DNA of 64,000 bases from assembly GCA_965243135.1 (NCBI GenBank), contig OZ251539.1, positions 576,001 through 640,000 on the forward strand, read 5' to 3'. Source of the stretch: Alphaproteobacteria bacterium. Its GTDB lineage: Bacteria; Pseudomonadota; Alphaproteobacteria; MPNO01; UBA830. Position 1 is the first letter of the stretch. Every line of letters begins with the position of its first letter. This document shows positions 27,413-37,509 of the stretch, piece by piece. The position numbers and the translations under genes were made by a program. The notes below the pieces were generated by a model, which saw only the letters and a list, made by a program, of their open reading frames with translations, had not been told where the DNA came from and did no database searches.

Positions 27413-27796
27413 TCAGCCGGCGCGCCAGAGGCGAAGACCGCAGGCGCCCACGACCAGAACGAAAAGCGGATCGATGAACGCCCACATCAGCGGCTCCTCG
27501 CGGGACATCAGATCGCCGAACCAGTTCCAGAAGAACCACAGGAAGAGAAGCAGCGATCCGCCCAAGAGGATTTTGGCTTCGCATCCCTCGCCCGGCTTCG
27601 GCAGAGCGCTGGAGATCAGGGCGACGAGAACGCCCGCCGCCATGAACCAGTTGAGAACGCTCCATACCGGAAAGCCGGTGGTTCCGTCGTCGTAGAGCGG
27701 CGTGGCGATGAAGTTCACGCCGACGGCGACGGCAATCAGAAGCGCGTATGCGCCGAGAATTCGTTGGATCATGGTCCTGACTCCGTCTTCGTTCAT
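27413..27796 (-). CDS. Small 4-TM membrane protein
   Basis: Four hydrophobic segments. Confidence 0.7.
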   Translation of the reverse strand: MNEDGVRTMIQRILGAYALLIAVAVGVNFIATPLYDDGTTGFPVWSVLNWFMAAGVLVALISSALPKPGEGCEAKILLGGSLLLFLWFFWNWFGDLMSREEPLMWAFIDPLFVLVVGACGLRLWRAG

Positions 27797-28025
27797 GAGC
27801 GATCGTCACTCGACACGGCCTCGGAAAGGCCGACGAGAGTACCATATCTCTTGCGTGCGACGAACCGCACGTTTGGAAATCCGGCCGGTCCAGTCGTCGT
27901 CAAGCCTCTTTCCGATGGATGCCGGTGGACTTTTTTCGAGGTGGAATTTCAATCAAGCCGAACTTCTGTGAGGTACGTCGGAAGTGGATGAAGAGGTTGG
28001 CTCTGAACTATTTCCGCCGGTTCGC

Positions 28026-29603
28026 TCAATTTTCTTGCCCTGCTTCGTATTCGGCGACACGATTTCCTATTTCAGACCATGCGTTGTAAAGTTCTTCAGC
28101 CACGCCTTCACATCCGGAAATTAACCCGCCAATATCCGGGTCGACCTTGATCTCTTCGACAACGGAGCCCTTGGGACGCTTTTTCGCTCTGAATAACCAC
28201 GCCCCAAATTGATCAGGACTCAAAGCGTCCTTCGCCCCACTGATTCCGTGCCTTTTCCGTTCCGGAAGAGAAGACAGGCGAACCATATTGGCGAACTGGT
28301 CCAATAGCCACTCGCTGTGCGTCGTGACAATGACTCGAATTCCGGCATTCACGATATGAGCGATCTGTCGGGCGAGAACCGCTTGCATGGCCGGGTGCAG
28401 ATGCGATTCGGGTTCTTCAATAATCAGAAGATCTCCGCGTTCGACAAAATGCCGCAGATACAACGCGATGGGCGCAAGTTCCGACACCATGGAAGAGGCG
28501 TTCATCAACGGCAAAGGCCTTTTCCATTTCTTTGGCAGATAAGTAAACGATGGATAACCGGTCTCCGAATGCTCCGTCTGCACCGAACCTTCGAGAATTT
28601 CCCTTTCGAGGTCCTGGGCAAGTCGCTCTCCCAACTCTTCCTTTCTTGTTCCGTCGTCCAATATAATCAGATGCTCAAGATAATCTGCCAAGACGCCCGA
28701 CAATTGCGGTGCTTGGGCGGTACGTCGGGTGCCCGCCATAGCCGCTCTGTCGACCAGAGCGCCTACAACCGCACGGTGAGAACGCATCACCCTGGCTCGG
28801 TCGGCTGGAAGATAGAACGCAAATCGCGTAAACGGATCTAGAATCTTAAGGATAACCGTTTCCGCAATTTCGTAAGCAAAATCCGTTGCCAAATTTCGAG
28901 AGTCGTCGGAATCTTGAATCAAGTTGGCCGGCAGCAAATCAAAACGCTTGATTTTTTCCGCAAACCGATGAATGTCGCTATCGAACTGGAAAGCGGTATC
29001 CAGCGGAAATGTCGCAGAAAGCTTGGAGTTTTTTCGTTTCATGGAGAAATCGAAATTTAGCGTCGTATCGGGGTGTGAAATTTGAGAAATATCCGTCTGT
29101 AAGATTATTCGTGCGCAGTTTGAATTTCCGTGACGGATCAATCTCGAAGCTTCCTCAACACCAAGACAGCGTCGTATTTCTTCATTAAGATAAGGGTTCG
29201 AATCCGTTATTTCGGTAATTATTGAGCTGATAAGCGAATTGATTTGGCGCGGCAAAGGAATAAGAGAAGCGGTACTTAGTTCACCGGACTTCGAATCGGC
29301 AAATATGCGTTTCGTCCAATCAATCAAGACTTCGGCGTCGTTTTTCGACAACCTTCTCCTGCTTGCCGGAGAACTCCTGTACGACGGGATCCGGTTATTT
29401 CTCATAAGCGGACGCCGATAGCGAAAATCACCGCTTCCAAGGAAGCGATGCAATGCATAGATCAACGTGGCCAAATAGGATTTTCCGGCGTTGCTCGGAC
29501 CGACGAACACAGTGAGAGGTCGCAGGTCAACGGCGGCTTCGATGATTGGCCCGAAGTTGGCTACTGACAGCCTAAATGGGTTCATTGCCGTAACTTGATC
29601 CAT
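28026..29603 (-). CDS. ABC-type/AAA_21 (AbiEii/OLD-like) ATPase
   Basis: NFGPI, GPSNAGKS, YLPADR, ASSMVSE, LIIEEPESHLHP, TTHS. Lower GC. Exact start uncertain. Confidence 0.88.
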   Translation of the reverse strand: MDQVTAMNPFRLSVANFGPIIEAAVDLRPLTVFVGPSNAGKSYLATLIYALHRFLGSGDFRYRRPLMRNNRIPSYRSSPASRRRLSKNDAEVLIDWTKRIFADSKSGELSTASLIPLPRQINSLISSIITEITDSNPYLNEEIRRCLGVEEASRLIRHGNSNCARIILQTDISQISHPDTTLNFDFSMKRKNSKLSATFPLDTAFQFDSDIHRFAEKIKRFDLLPANLIQDSDDSRNLATDFAYEIAETVILKILDPFTRFAFYLPADRARVMRSHRAVVGALVDRAAMAGTRRTAQAPQLSGVLADYLEHLIILDDGTRKEELGERLAQDLEREILEGSVQTEHSETGYPSFTYLPKKWKRPLPLMNASSMVSELAPIALYLRHFVERGDLLIIEEPESHLHPAMQAVLARQIAHIVNAGIRVIVTTHSEWLLDQFANMVRLSSLPERKRHGISGAKDALSPDQFGAWLFRAKKRPKGSVVEEIKVDPDIGGLISGCEGVAEELYNAWSEIGNRVAEYEAGQEN

Positions 29604-29777
29604 TTGTTCAATTTGGAAGATGTCTCTACGCGGAAAAATAGTCAATTACACCCACTATCAACTCCGAAGCTGCCAGCCGACTGTCGGGGAACGAGAGAAG
29701 GCGCCTAGAGATCGATCGATCTCCGAACTGGTTTTCGTCGGCAAGCATGGCCAAGAAACGAAAGAGTCGGACCGCAG

Positions 29778-30842
29778 TCAGCCGCCAAGGCCTTCTTCCG
29801 GCTCCCCTGCTCGAATGGAATGCGCCTGCGGGAGCGAGCGCCAGTGCCGGCGGACCGCGTCTGCAATCCAATCAAGATTTAGAAGGCAGGTATCGTCGCT
29901 CGGAGGCGTTGGATCTTCCGGGATCAGAACCGCAGCGTACCGGCGCACCTGCTTGTCGGACTTGTCGCGCTGGCCAAGGTTGCCCAAATCCGGCGCTTGA
30001 TCTGCCCGCAGTTTCGCCTGCATGAGTCCGACGACTTCACCCTTGACGTCGCTTCCCAGCCCGTCGATGCCGCCATCGCCCGGACCGCCCGTATGACTCC
30101 AGATCTCATCCGGGTGCTCCAGCTGCAGCAATGACACGATCAAATGTTCGAAGGAGCTCGGGTAGAGCGCGTCGATGAGGCGTTGCCCGATTTGCTCGGG
30201 GTCGAGCGTCCATTCCGGTATTGGGTCCGCGCTGCTGGAGAGAATTCGGTCGAGAACGCCGTAGGCCGTCGTGTCCTCGTCGAGCGGATGATTGGCAAGC
30301 CAACCGTAGGTCGATCTTCCGAGCATTGAGGAGCGCAACCATCCGGGCAACTTGGGAAGAGCGACTTGCCGATACTTATCGACTTTCCAACTTTGCGCGA
30401 CATCCGTGACATGGCGATCCTCGTCGTAATTATGCAGGCCTTGGTCTTTTCGGAGTTGTTCGTAATAACCCGCCCATTCGGGAGAGTCGACGATGTGGAA
30501 TTCGCCGACGATCCTCGCAACGTATGCGCGACCTTCGCTGGGGCGGGGAACCACGACGATAGAGCCCTGCGTCACTTCCCGAACGAAATTCCTATTCCGG
30601 GTGTACGGGATCCGTTTACGCCCCACCCTCCCATTGGCTTCAAGCGCACCTTTCCATTCCTCGTCGTCGGCTTTGGCCGGATCGAGAAGGCAGGATCGAA
30701 GAGCATCCGGATTGTAATTTTCGGGTTCCCGGAGCAACGGGTAACCGATGAATACGCGCCCAGCCTTCCTGAATATGTCGAACGCGTCCGCATTTTGAGG
30801 CCTCGCTCTACAGAAGAAGGCGTACGGCTGACCTTGGTTCAT
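29778..30842 (-). CDS. Mrr-like restriction endonuclease domain protein
   Basis: SFEHLIVSLL...TGGPGDGGIDG...LMQAK (PD-(D/E)xK/QxK type). Confidence 0.75.
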   Translation of the reverse strand: MNQGQPYAFFCRARPQNADAFDIFRKAGRVFIGYPLLREPENYNPDALRSCLLDPAKADDEEWKGALEANGRVGRKRIPYTRNRNFVREVTQGSIVVVPRPSEGRAYVARIVGEFHIVDSPEWAGYYEQLRKDQGLHNYDEDRHVTDVAQSWKVDKYRQVALPKLPGWLRSSMLGRSTYGWLANHPLDEDTTAYGVLDRILSSSADPIPEWTLDPEQIGQRLIDALYPSSFEHLIVSLLQLEHPDEIWSHTGGPGDGGIDGLGSDVKGEVVGLMQAKLRADQAPDLGNLGQRDKSDKQVRRYAAVLIPEDPTPPSDDTCLLNLDWIADAVRRHWRSLPQAHSIRAGEPEEGLGG

Positions 30843-30921
30843 TTGTACGTTCCTCCCTCTTCGGTATCGGCATCCTTAGCGGGACGCGGTTTCTTCGTCT
30901 TTTTCCTCAGAAGGGTTTCGT

Positions 30922-30981
30922 CATCTAAAGCTTGCATCAGCATCTAAAGCTTGCATCAGCATCTAAAGCTTGCATCAGCAT
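30922..30981. repeat. 19-bp tandem repeat x3 (CATCTAAAGCTTGCATCAG)
   Basis: Exact copies at 30922, 30941 and 30960. Confidence 0.95.
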
Positions 30982-32168
30982 ATGTCACCCTCCTGTCTTT
31001 TCGCAATCCTTTGAACTAGCTCGAATACTCGCTTTCTAAGTTCTTTGTGATCGATTCGTCCCAACACTGTCAGATCTTGTTCAGTACGCTTCCAGAGCAA
31101 TCTAATTGGAGATTTTGGCCATTTATCATCGGAAATTTTGCGGCCGACGCCGTTGCTTCGAAAATGGCAAGCTAAATATGTATACCTACCACGGCGGACG
31201 AAACGGCCGGTGCAATTTGGTGCGGAACTGTGGTGTCCATCGTTCGGAAGATTAAGCCGGATGATCGGTTTACGCATGTTAGACTCCAGACCGAAACAGT
31301 TGAAATGCGTTATTCTATCCAAACGATCCTTAGGATCGTTATAGTCCAACGCGCACCATATTCCAGAATTCTTATGAAAATAAATCCGTTCGATGGTAGT
31401 ACCGTACACTGCCCCGATTCTGCATGGTTCCGCACCTTCGATCAGAGTCTTTTTCATTAGCTTGAAAGCATCTCGGATATCATCCGGACTCTTCACCGGA
31501 GTCCAGTCGCTCGATTTCGGGATCACGCTCGCTCGCGTGGATCCGGTGATCGATCTCGCGGAGTCCCTTCGCGGCCGCTTCTTGTATTCGTTTGCTGGCT
31601 TCCCTAAAGTCCCTAAAGACGGTAGGGAATTAGTAGGTCCGACAATTTCCCGAAGCTCCTTAGACGGCTGATTATTCTCGCGGTCTCTCCGGTAGTCATC
31701 GATAGTGTCGCCGCTTGCATCTTCTAATTGATCCCACCGCTTCTTAAACCACTCTAATGCCGCTTCGTATGCTTCGTATCTTCGGGTTTCGTAAATTACT
31801 TCAACATTTCCTCCCTCAAAACCGGATCTAGTAAAATTTGCGCTCCCGATCCATACAACATTCGAGGCATTACCAGACCGAAAAATGTAGACCTTTGGGT
31901 GAAACAGTCCCCCGTCGTCGACAAGACGAAGCTTTCCGAGTTCTCTCAGGCGCTCCAGAGCATCTGGTTCGGTGGCGTTCCCGTGCGTTCCCGCGAGAAC
32001 CTGAATTTTTAATTCATTGTTCCGCATCTTGGCTTCTTGGAGAATATCGAGGCCACGCCCTAACGTCACCCACGCAGTTGCAATCCGGATACCGGATGTC
32101 GCTTCAAGGCGCTTTTTAAACTGTCGCAAAACCTGTTCAGATGTGGTGAGAAACATTGCCTTCCCCAA
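30975..32168 (-). CDS. PLD-domain (NgoFVII/BfiI-like) nuclease
   Basis: FHPKVYIF...WIGSANFT...NVE. Lower GC. Confidence 0.8.
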   Translation of the reverse strand: MGKAMFLTTSEQVLRQFKKRLEATSGIRIATAWVTLGRGLDILQEAKMRNNELKIQVLAGTHGNATEPDALERLRELGKLRLVDDGGLFHPKVYIFRSGNASNVVWIGSANFTRSGFEGGNVEVIYETRRYEAYEAALEWFKKRWDQLEDASGDTIDDYRRDRENNQPSKELREIVGPTNSLPSLGTLGKPANEYKKRPRRDSARSITGSTRASVIPKSSDWTPVKSPDDIRDAFKLMKKTLIEGAEPCRIGAVYGTTIERIYFHKNSGIWCALDYNDPKDRLDRITHFNCFGLESNMRKPIIRLNLPNDGHHSSAPNCTGRFVRRGRYTYLACHFRSNGVGRKISDDKWPKSPIRLLWKRTEQDLTVLGRIDHKELRKRVFELVQRIAKRQEGDIC

Positions 32169-32183
32169 AAAAGGCGACGCGCT

Positions 32184-32783
32184 TCAGTCGTCGCGCGTGT
32201 CCGGTAGCCAGCCTGGGCCCGCCAGCATCGGCTCCAGATCGCCATCGTATTCGGGAGCGTTCTCGATCTGCTCCAACCAGTTCAGGCCCATCGCCTTGAA
32301 GATGCGGTTGGTGATGACGATCAACCGCGCTTCCTTTTCAGGATCAGCGTTGAAATGCTGCTGGATGCAGTAGGCCGGAACGAAGATGAAGTCGCCGCGC
32401 TCCCATTCGAACCGCCGCGGCTCTTCCTTCCATGACCAGTGGAAGTCGACGTCGACCTCGTATTCCACGTCCCAATGCAGGTCGTAGCCCTTGCCGTCGA
32501 GCACGAAGAGGATCTGCTCGGCGAGTATCCGGCGCTTGCCGGAATGGCTGCCTGGAGGAATGAACTGCATGTACGCCTCGACGCAGTTCTCGGTCGTGCT
32601 CTGCTTCTCGTGCACCATGTGCTTGATCAGCCCGTCCGGGGAATTCTCGAACGGCATGTCGGCGCCCTTCACCACCGAAAGGCGGCGGCGATACGTCTTG
32701 CGGAACTCCGCCGACTCCTGGAGTTCCTCCGCGTACCATTTGCATTTGTTGGCGCCGATGTGGGCCATGTCGCGTTCGTGCAT
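32184..32783 (-). CDS. Cupin protein (gentisate dioxygenase-like)
   Basis: IPPGSHSGK...LDGKGYD..WERGDFIFVPAYCIQQHFN. Confidence 0.8.
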   Translation of the reverse strand: MHERDMAHIGANKCKWYAEELQESAEFRKTYRRRLSVVKGADMPFENSPDGLIKHMVHEKQSTTENCVEAYMQFIPPGSHSGKRRILAEQILFVLDGKGYDLHWDVEYEVDVDFHWSWKEEPRRFEWERGDFIFVPAYCIQQHFNADPEKEARLIVITNRIFKAMGLNWLEQIENAPEYDGDLEPMLAGPGWLPDTRDD

Positions 32784-32854
32784 CGTGTCGGTCTCTTCGT
32801 TGTTCCGGAAATTCCCCTTGCAGGGGGAACGCCGCGTAGCGCCTCGCGGCGATC

Positions 32855-33454
32855 CTACAGATCCGTGGGCGGTTCCCAGTGCTCCCATCCCGGAGCCGGC
32901 TCCTTGGGCGGATACTTGGCGACCTTCTGAAACAGCATGTGCATGAAGAGGAACAGGGGTTTCGCCTTCATGACCAGGCAAACGAGATCTTCGGTGTCGG
33001 AAGCGTTGAAGTGCTGATGGACGCAGCCGTTCTCGACGATGATGATGTCGCCCGCCTCGTAGTCGTAGCGCTTGCCGTCGTGGATGTCGTATCCCCTGCC
33101 GGAGATAACGTAGAACAGGGCCGAATTCATGTGCCCGTGGCGCTGGCCGGTGCCGCCGGGCGCGATGACCGACAGGTGGGTTTCGATGGACTGGGCGATG
33201 TCGGTGCGCTGGGGGTTGACGATGGGCTTGTCGAAAAACTGCGGGCCGCCCTTCCACTGCCAGTCCCTGGACTTGTAGATGCGCGGCTGCTCCATCAATC
33301 CCTGCTGCAGTTCGCCGTAGGTTCCTTCCAGAGCGCGGACGAAGGTGCGCTTCCTCTGCCAGCGTTCCCAGACCACCTCCTTCGGACGGTTGTGGCCGAG
33401 CCCGGGTTCTTCCCTGACCTGCGCGGCGTCGACGTTGTCCGGTGTTTCGCCCAT
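32855..33454 (-). CDS. Cupin protein (gentisate dioxygenase-like)
   Basis: QRHGHMNSALFYVISGRGY...VHQHFN. Confidence 0.85.
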   Translation of the reverse strand: MGETPDNVDAAQVREEPGLGHNRPKEVVWERWQRKRTFVRALEGTYGELQQGLMEQPRIYKSRDWQWKGGPQFFDKPIVNPQRTDIAQSIETHLSVIAPGGTGQRHGHMNSALFYVISGRGYDIHDGKRYDYEAGDIIIVENGCVHQHFNASDTEDLVCLVMKAKPLFLFMHMLFQKVAKYPPKEPAPGWEHWEPPTDL

Positions 33455-33529
33455 GATGATTCCCGTTTCCGTTCGTTCCGACGGCGCGATCATACAGAGG
33501 CGGCGGCCGAGATCAAAAGCGCCGCTTTC

Positions 33530-35086
33530 TCACGCCTCCGCCGCGAGCGGCTCGATCGCCGTCTCCCCGGCGGCGCGGCGTCCGGCCGTCCAGCCCGTTA
33601 TCAGGCATTCCGCGATGTTGCCGCCTGCGAGGTAGAGGTGGCCGAAGCAGCTTCCCATCTCGCCCGCGGCGTAAAGCCGCGGGATCGGGGCGCCGTGGAT
33701 GTCGACGATGCGTTGCAGCGCGTCGTGAACCGGGCCGCCTTGCGTGTTGGAAACGATCGGCCACATCTCGCCCGCGTAGAACGGCGGCGTCCGCAACGGC
33801 AGCATGGACCCCGGCGGCCGTCCGAACTCGTCGTCGTCGCCCGCGTCGGTCATCGCGTTCCAGCGCGCGACCGTGGCCTCGAGCGCATCCGCCGGGATGC
33901 CGGTCGCGGCTGCGAGCGCGTCCAGCGTCGTCGCGCGTTTGAGGATGCCGGCTTCGACCTCCCGGAGATTGTCGGCCGACCACTCCATCTCCACGCTCCG
34001 GTCGTTGTAGGCCGGGTTGCCCAGAGGGTAGAGCTTGCGGCCCTCGTCGTCGCAGATCATCCAGGCCGGGATGTTGCGGAAACGCTGCGTGACCGTGTCC
34101 ATGTCCTCGAACGGCCGGGCGCCCGTATCCTGCAGATAAGGCGGCTGCTCGTTCATGAAGCGCTTGCCTTCGCGGTTGACGAGGATCCATGCGACCGGCA
34201 CGTCCACCATGTCGGCGCCCGTCATGTTCGCGCCCGCCGCGCCGGGCACCCAGTCCGGAAAGCGCTTGACGCGGATGCCGTAGGGATAGGCCGGATCCGG
34301 GTGCCGGAACCCGTAGGAGCCATGGTAATGCCACATGTGCCAGAGATCCGCCCCGACTTCCTGCGCCATGCGGATCCCGTCCCCGGTGTTGTACTTGTTG
34401 GCGGCGGACAGAACCGGCCCGGCCTGCCAGTATTCCTGCTTCATGCGGTCGCTGGCCTCGAAGCCGCCCGCGGCGAGCACCACGCCGCGCCGCGCTCCGA
34501 GCCTCCGTTCGCCGCGGGGGCTGTCGTGAACGACGCCGCGCGCTTCGCGGTCCGCGGCGTAGATCAGCCGTTTCGCGGGCGACGACGATCGGATTTCGAC
34601 TCCCAATTCGTCGAGCTTCATCTGGAGGAGGCGGAACAGGTAGGGACCGCCCACGCGCCCTTTCACGTGCGGATAGAAGGCCCGTGCCTGGAAGTTCGGG
34701 ATCGAGTCCACGTGGCTGTAGTAGAAGGTCTCGCGGTGCGGGAAAGGATAGTTGCCGCCGCGCGGGCGCGTCGTGATTTCCGCGTCCGCGACCGTCGCCA
34801 GTTCCCTCAGATAGCCTTCCGCCAGCGCCATTCCCTCGGCGAGCGCGCGCAGGACGTCGTCGGGGATGCGCCCCGCGTTGGTGGCCTTGAGATAGGCGAA
34901 AGCGCGCTCCGGTTCGCGCGAACAGCAGACGGCGCCCTGCGAGCATATGGAGATGCCGCCCGGATCCGGCGCCTTCTCGAGAAGAGCGACCTGCGCGCCC
35001 GCCCGGGCGGCTTCGACGGCGGCAACCGCGCCGGCGAAACCGCAGCCGACGACGATCACGTCGCAGATTTCGTCGAACGCGGTCAT
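33530..35086 (-). CDS. FAD-dependent oxidoreductase (SdhA/KstD-like)
   Basis: DVIVVGCGFAG, VLAAGGF, NTGDG, TQGG, LYAAGE. Confidence 0.9.
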   Translation of the reverse strand: MTAFDEICDVIVVGCGFAGAVAAVEAARAGAQVALLEKAPDPGGISICSQGAVCCSREPERAFAYLKATNAGRIPDDVLRALAEGMALAEGYLRELATVADAEITTRPRGGNYPFPHRETFYYSHVDSIPNFQARAFYPHVKGRVGGPYLFRLLQMKLDELGVEIRSSSPAKRLIYAADREARGVVHDSPRGERRLGARRGVVLAAGGFEASDRMKQEYWQAGPVLSAANKYNTGDGIRMAQEVGADLWHMWHYHGSYGFRHPDPAYPYGIRVKRFPDWVPGAAGANMTGADMVDVPVAWILVNREGKRFMNEQPPYLQDTGARPFEDMDTVTQRFRNIPAWMICDDEGRKLYPLGNPAYNDRSVEMEWSADNLREVEAGILKRATTLDALAAATGIPADALEATVARWNAMTDAGDDDEFGRPPGSMLPLRTPPFYAGEMWPIVSNTQGGPVHDALQRIVDIHGAPIPRLYAAGEMGSCFGHLYLAGGNIAECLITGWTAGRRAAGETAIEPLAAEA

Positions 35087-35763
35087 TCGGGCTGTCTTTC
35101 GCCCGTCGAGCCGGGCGGGTCGGTCGCCGCGCGGCCGTCCTTGACGAGTTCCTTGACCAGGCCTGCGAGGGGCATGTTCTCTCGGTCGGACAATTTCTCC
35201 ATCGTCCGCATGTCCTTCAACGCCCAGACGAACGTCGCGCGGCGCGGCACCGTCGCCGGAACTCGCGGTGAGCGCCTTGCGCAGCTTCGGGAGGTCGGCG
35301 GCGAGCCGTCCCGCAGGGCGCAGCCGTTCACCCGCAGCAGGTGGTCGTTCATCATCCTGGCGACCTGCTCGCGGCAGGCGTCGCCCATACGCTCGGAGCA
35401 AAAGGTTCCGAACGCGCGTCGTCGACTCCGCCGACCAGCGCAAGCAAGGTTTCTTCGTCCGCCGCCCACCGGCGACCGACGCAGCGGGAAAGCCGACGCC
35501 CCGGTTGGCGCGGGCCGGACGCCGTCGACCGAAGCGTTGGAGCGCACCGCCGCGCAACCGCCCGCGTTCATGCCTTCGAGTGCGCCCTCCTCGCCGGTCA
35601 GGCAGGCGTAGACCTCGGGTTCGAACCCGACGGTATCGCTGCGGCGTTCGACCTCCGCGCCGCTCGACGCTTCGGCTGCGCCCGCTTTCCCCGCCGGTTT
35701 CGTCCGAGCCGCCGCGTCGAAGGCGGCGGCCTCGAAACCGCGTTTCACGAGGCGCCGGAGCAT
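35083..35763 (-). CDS. Hypothetical protein, possibly degraded
   Basis: Fills the operon gap and overlaps the next start. Composition is partly unnatural. Confidence 0.35.
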   Translation of the reverse strand: MLRRLVKRGFEAAAFDAAARTKPAGKAGAAEASSGAEVERRSDTVGFEPEVYACLTGEEGALEGMNAGGCAAVRSNASVDGVRPAPTGASAFPLRRSPVGGGRRNLACAGRRSRRRAFGTFCSERMGDACREQVARMMNDHLLRVNGCALRDGSPPTSRSCARRSPRVPATVPRRATFVWALKDMRTMEKLSDRENMPLAGLVKELVKDGRAATDPPGSTGERQPE

Positions 35764-35846
35764 GCGGCCCGGTCCGATGACGCCTCTCGCCGCATGCTTT
35801 TCTCCTCGCTCGCTCTTGCGCGTCCGCGCCGACGTTTGCCGACAGT

Positions 35847-37508
35847 TCAGTCGGCGCCGTAAATCTCGCGCGCCGCCCGCGGGGTGACGTAGCCTTCCTC
35901 GACGTCGCGGGCGAGCCGGGCGGGGTCGCGTCCGGCCGGATCTCCGAAGCCGCCGCCGCCGGCGGTTTCGAGGTAGAACTCCTGCCCGGCCTCCAGTTCG
36001 AACTTGCCGGCCGACGGCGTTTCTTCCTCGTCGTCGGCGCCGGCGCGGATCACGAACTTGCTGGCGCGGCCGTCGCGGCCGCCCCCGGTTCCCGGAGGCG
36101 GATACTTCCAGCGGTCGTATCGCCGCACGACCGTGCAGTCCTGCAGCGCCTTGTATCGTCGACGAAAGGCGACGCCGCCGCGGAATTCGCCCGCCCCGCC
36201 CGAGTCCGGCGTCACGTCGAACTCCGTGATGCGGCAGGGATACTCGCTCTCGATGATCTCGATCGGGGTGACGTGCAGATTGGAGAGATGCGTCGCGGTG
36301 GCGTTGCAGCCGTCGTTTCCGTTGCCGCCGCCGTAGGCGGAGCCGAGGATTTCGTATTGCAGCGTATTGTGGCCCGGCCTTCCGCCCCGATGCCAGTTGA
36401 CGGAAAGCGAGCCGGAAGAGCCCGAGCCGGCGATGGCGCGGGACGGGTTGAAGGTCGCGAGCGCCTCGAGGATCACGTCGGTCAGCTTCAGGTTGGCCTT
36501 CTGGTAGGACGACACCGGAGCGGGGCTTTCGGCGTTGGTCACGGTGCGCGGCGCGTAGATCATTTTCACCACGTCGCGCATTCCGTCGTTGAATTGCATC
36601 TCCGGGCCGAGGCAGCCGATCAGGGAATAGAATACGCAGGCCTCCACCATCGACGGCCGCAGATTGACCGGTCCCCTGGCCTGCGGCTGGGAATTCGAGA
36701 AGTCGAACGTGATCTCCTCGCCCTTCTTGACGACGGTCACGGCGAAGTACACGCCCCGATCGAGCGCCACCCCGTCGTCGTCCATGTAGCCGTCGGCGCT
36801 GGCCACGCCGTCGGGCAGGGCGGCGATGGCCGCGCGCATCTCCGCGGCCGCGCCTTCCAGGACGGCGGCGAACGAGTCCGCGACCGTGGCGACGCCGAAC
36901 CGGGCGCAGTGTTCCCGCATCCTGCTCGCGCCCATGACCGTTGCCGCGATCTGCGCGCGCACGTCGCCCCGCACGAGTTCCGGTTGCCGGCTGTTGGCGA
37001 GGATCAGGCGTTCCAGATCGGCGTCGTAGGTTCCTTCGTCGGCGATCTTGACCGGCGGCAGAACCAGTCCTTCCTGATAGATTTCGGTCGAGTTCGCCGA
37101 GGTGGAGCCCGGATTCGCGCCGCCCACGTCGGCCTTGTGCGCGCAGGAACCGGCGAAGCCCACCAGCTCGCCGCCGGCGCGGATCGGCGCGGCGAACGCC
37201 ATGTCGGAGACATGGGGGACGCCCGCTTCGTAAGGATGGTTCGACACGATCACGTCGCCGTCCTTCAACCCGTCCGCGCCGTACAGCGCGACCGCGCGGT
37301 CGACGAAGTGCTTGTAGAACGGGGCGTGAAAGAACATGGGCGGCGGCACGATCAGCCGTCCCTCCCGGTCGAGGATCACGCAGGAGAAGTCGCGGCTTTC
37401 GCGGATGATCGTGGAATAGCCGGACCGGTAGAAGTGGTAGTGCATCTCGTCGACAAGGCTCGCCACCTTGTTTCTGATGACCTGCACCGTGACGGGATCG
37501 ACCGGCAC
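35847..37508 (-). CDS. Hydantoinase B/oxoprolinase
   Basis: YSTIIRESRDFS, HKADVGG, EIYQEG, DSGGAGEFRGG, AGGGGFGDP. Confidence 0.93.
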   Translation of the reverse strand: MPVDPVTVQVIRNKVASLVDEMHYHFYRSGYSTIIRESRDFSCVILDREGRLIVPPPMFFHAPFYKHFVDRAVALYGADGLKDGDVIVSNHPYEAGVPHVSDMAFAAPIRAGGELVGFAGSCAHKADVGGANPGSTSANSTEIYQEGLVLPPVKIADEGTYDADLERLILANSRQPELVRGDVRAQIAATVMGASRMREHCARFGVATVADSFAAVLEGAAAEMRAAIAALPDGVASADGYMDDDGVALDRGVYFAVTVVKKGEEITFDFSNSQPQARGPVNLRPSMVEACVFYSLIGCLGPEMQFNDGMRDVVKMIYAPRTVTNAESPAPVSSYQKANLKLTDVILEALATFNPSRAIAGSGSSGSLSVNWHRGGRPGHNTLQYEILGSAYGGGNGNDGCNATATHLSNLHVTPIEIIESEYPCRITEFDVTPDSGGAGEFRGGVAFRRRYKALQDCTVVRRYDRWKYPPPGTGGGRDGRASKFVIRAGADDEEETPSAGKFELEAGQEFYLETAGGGGFGDPAGRDPARLARDVEEGYVTPRAAREIYGAD

Positions 37509-37509
37509 G

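Noticed and set aside
30922-30981. 19-bp repeats as a mini-CRISPR
   Set aside because: Head-to-tail copies with no spacers.
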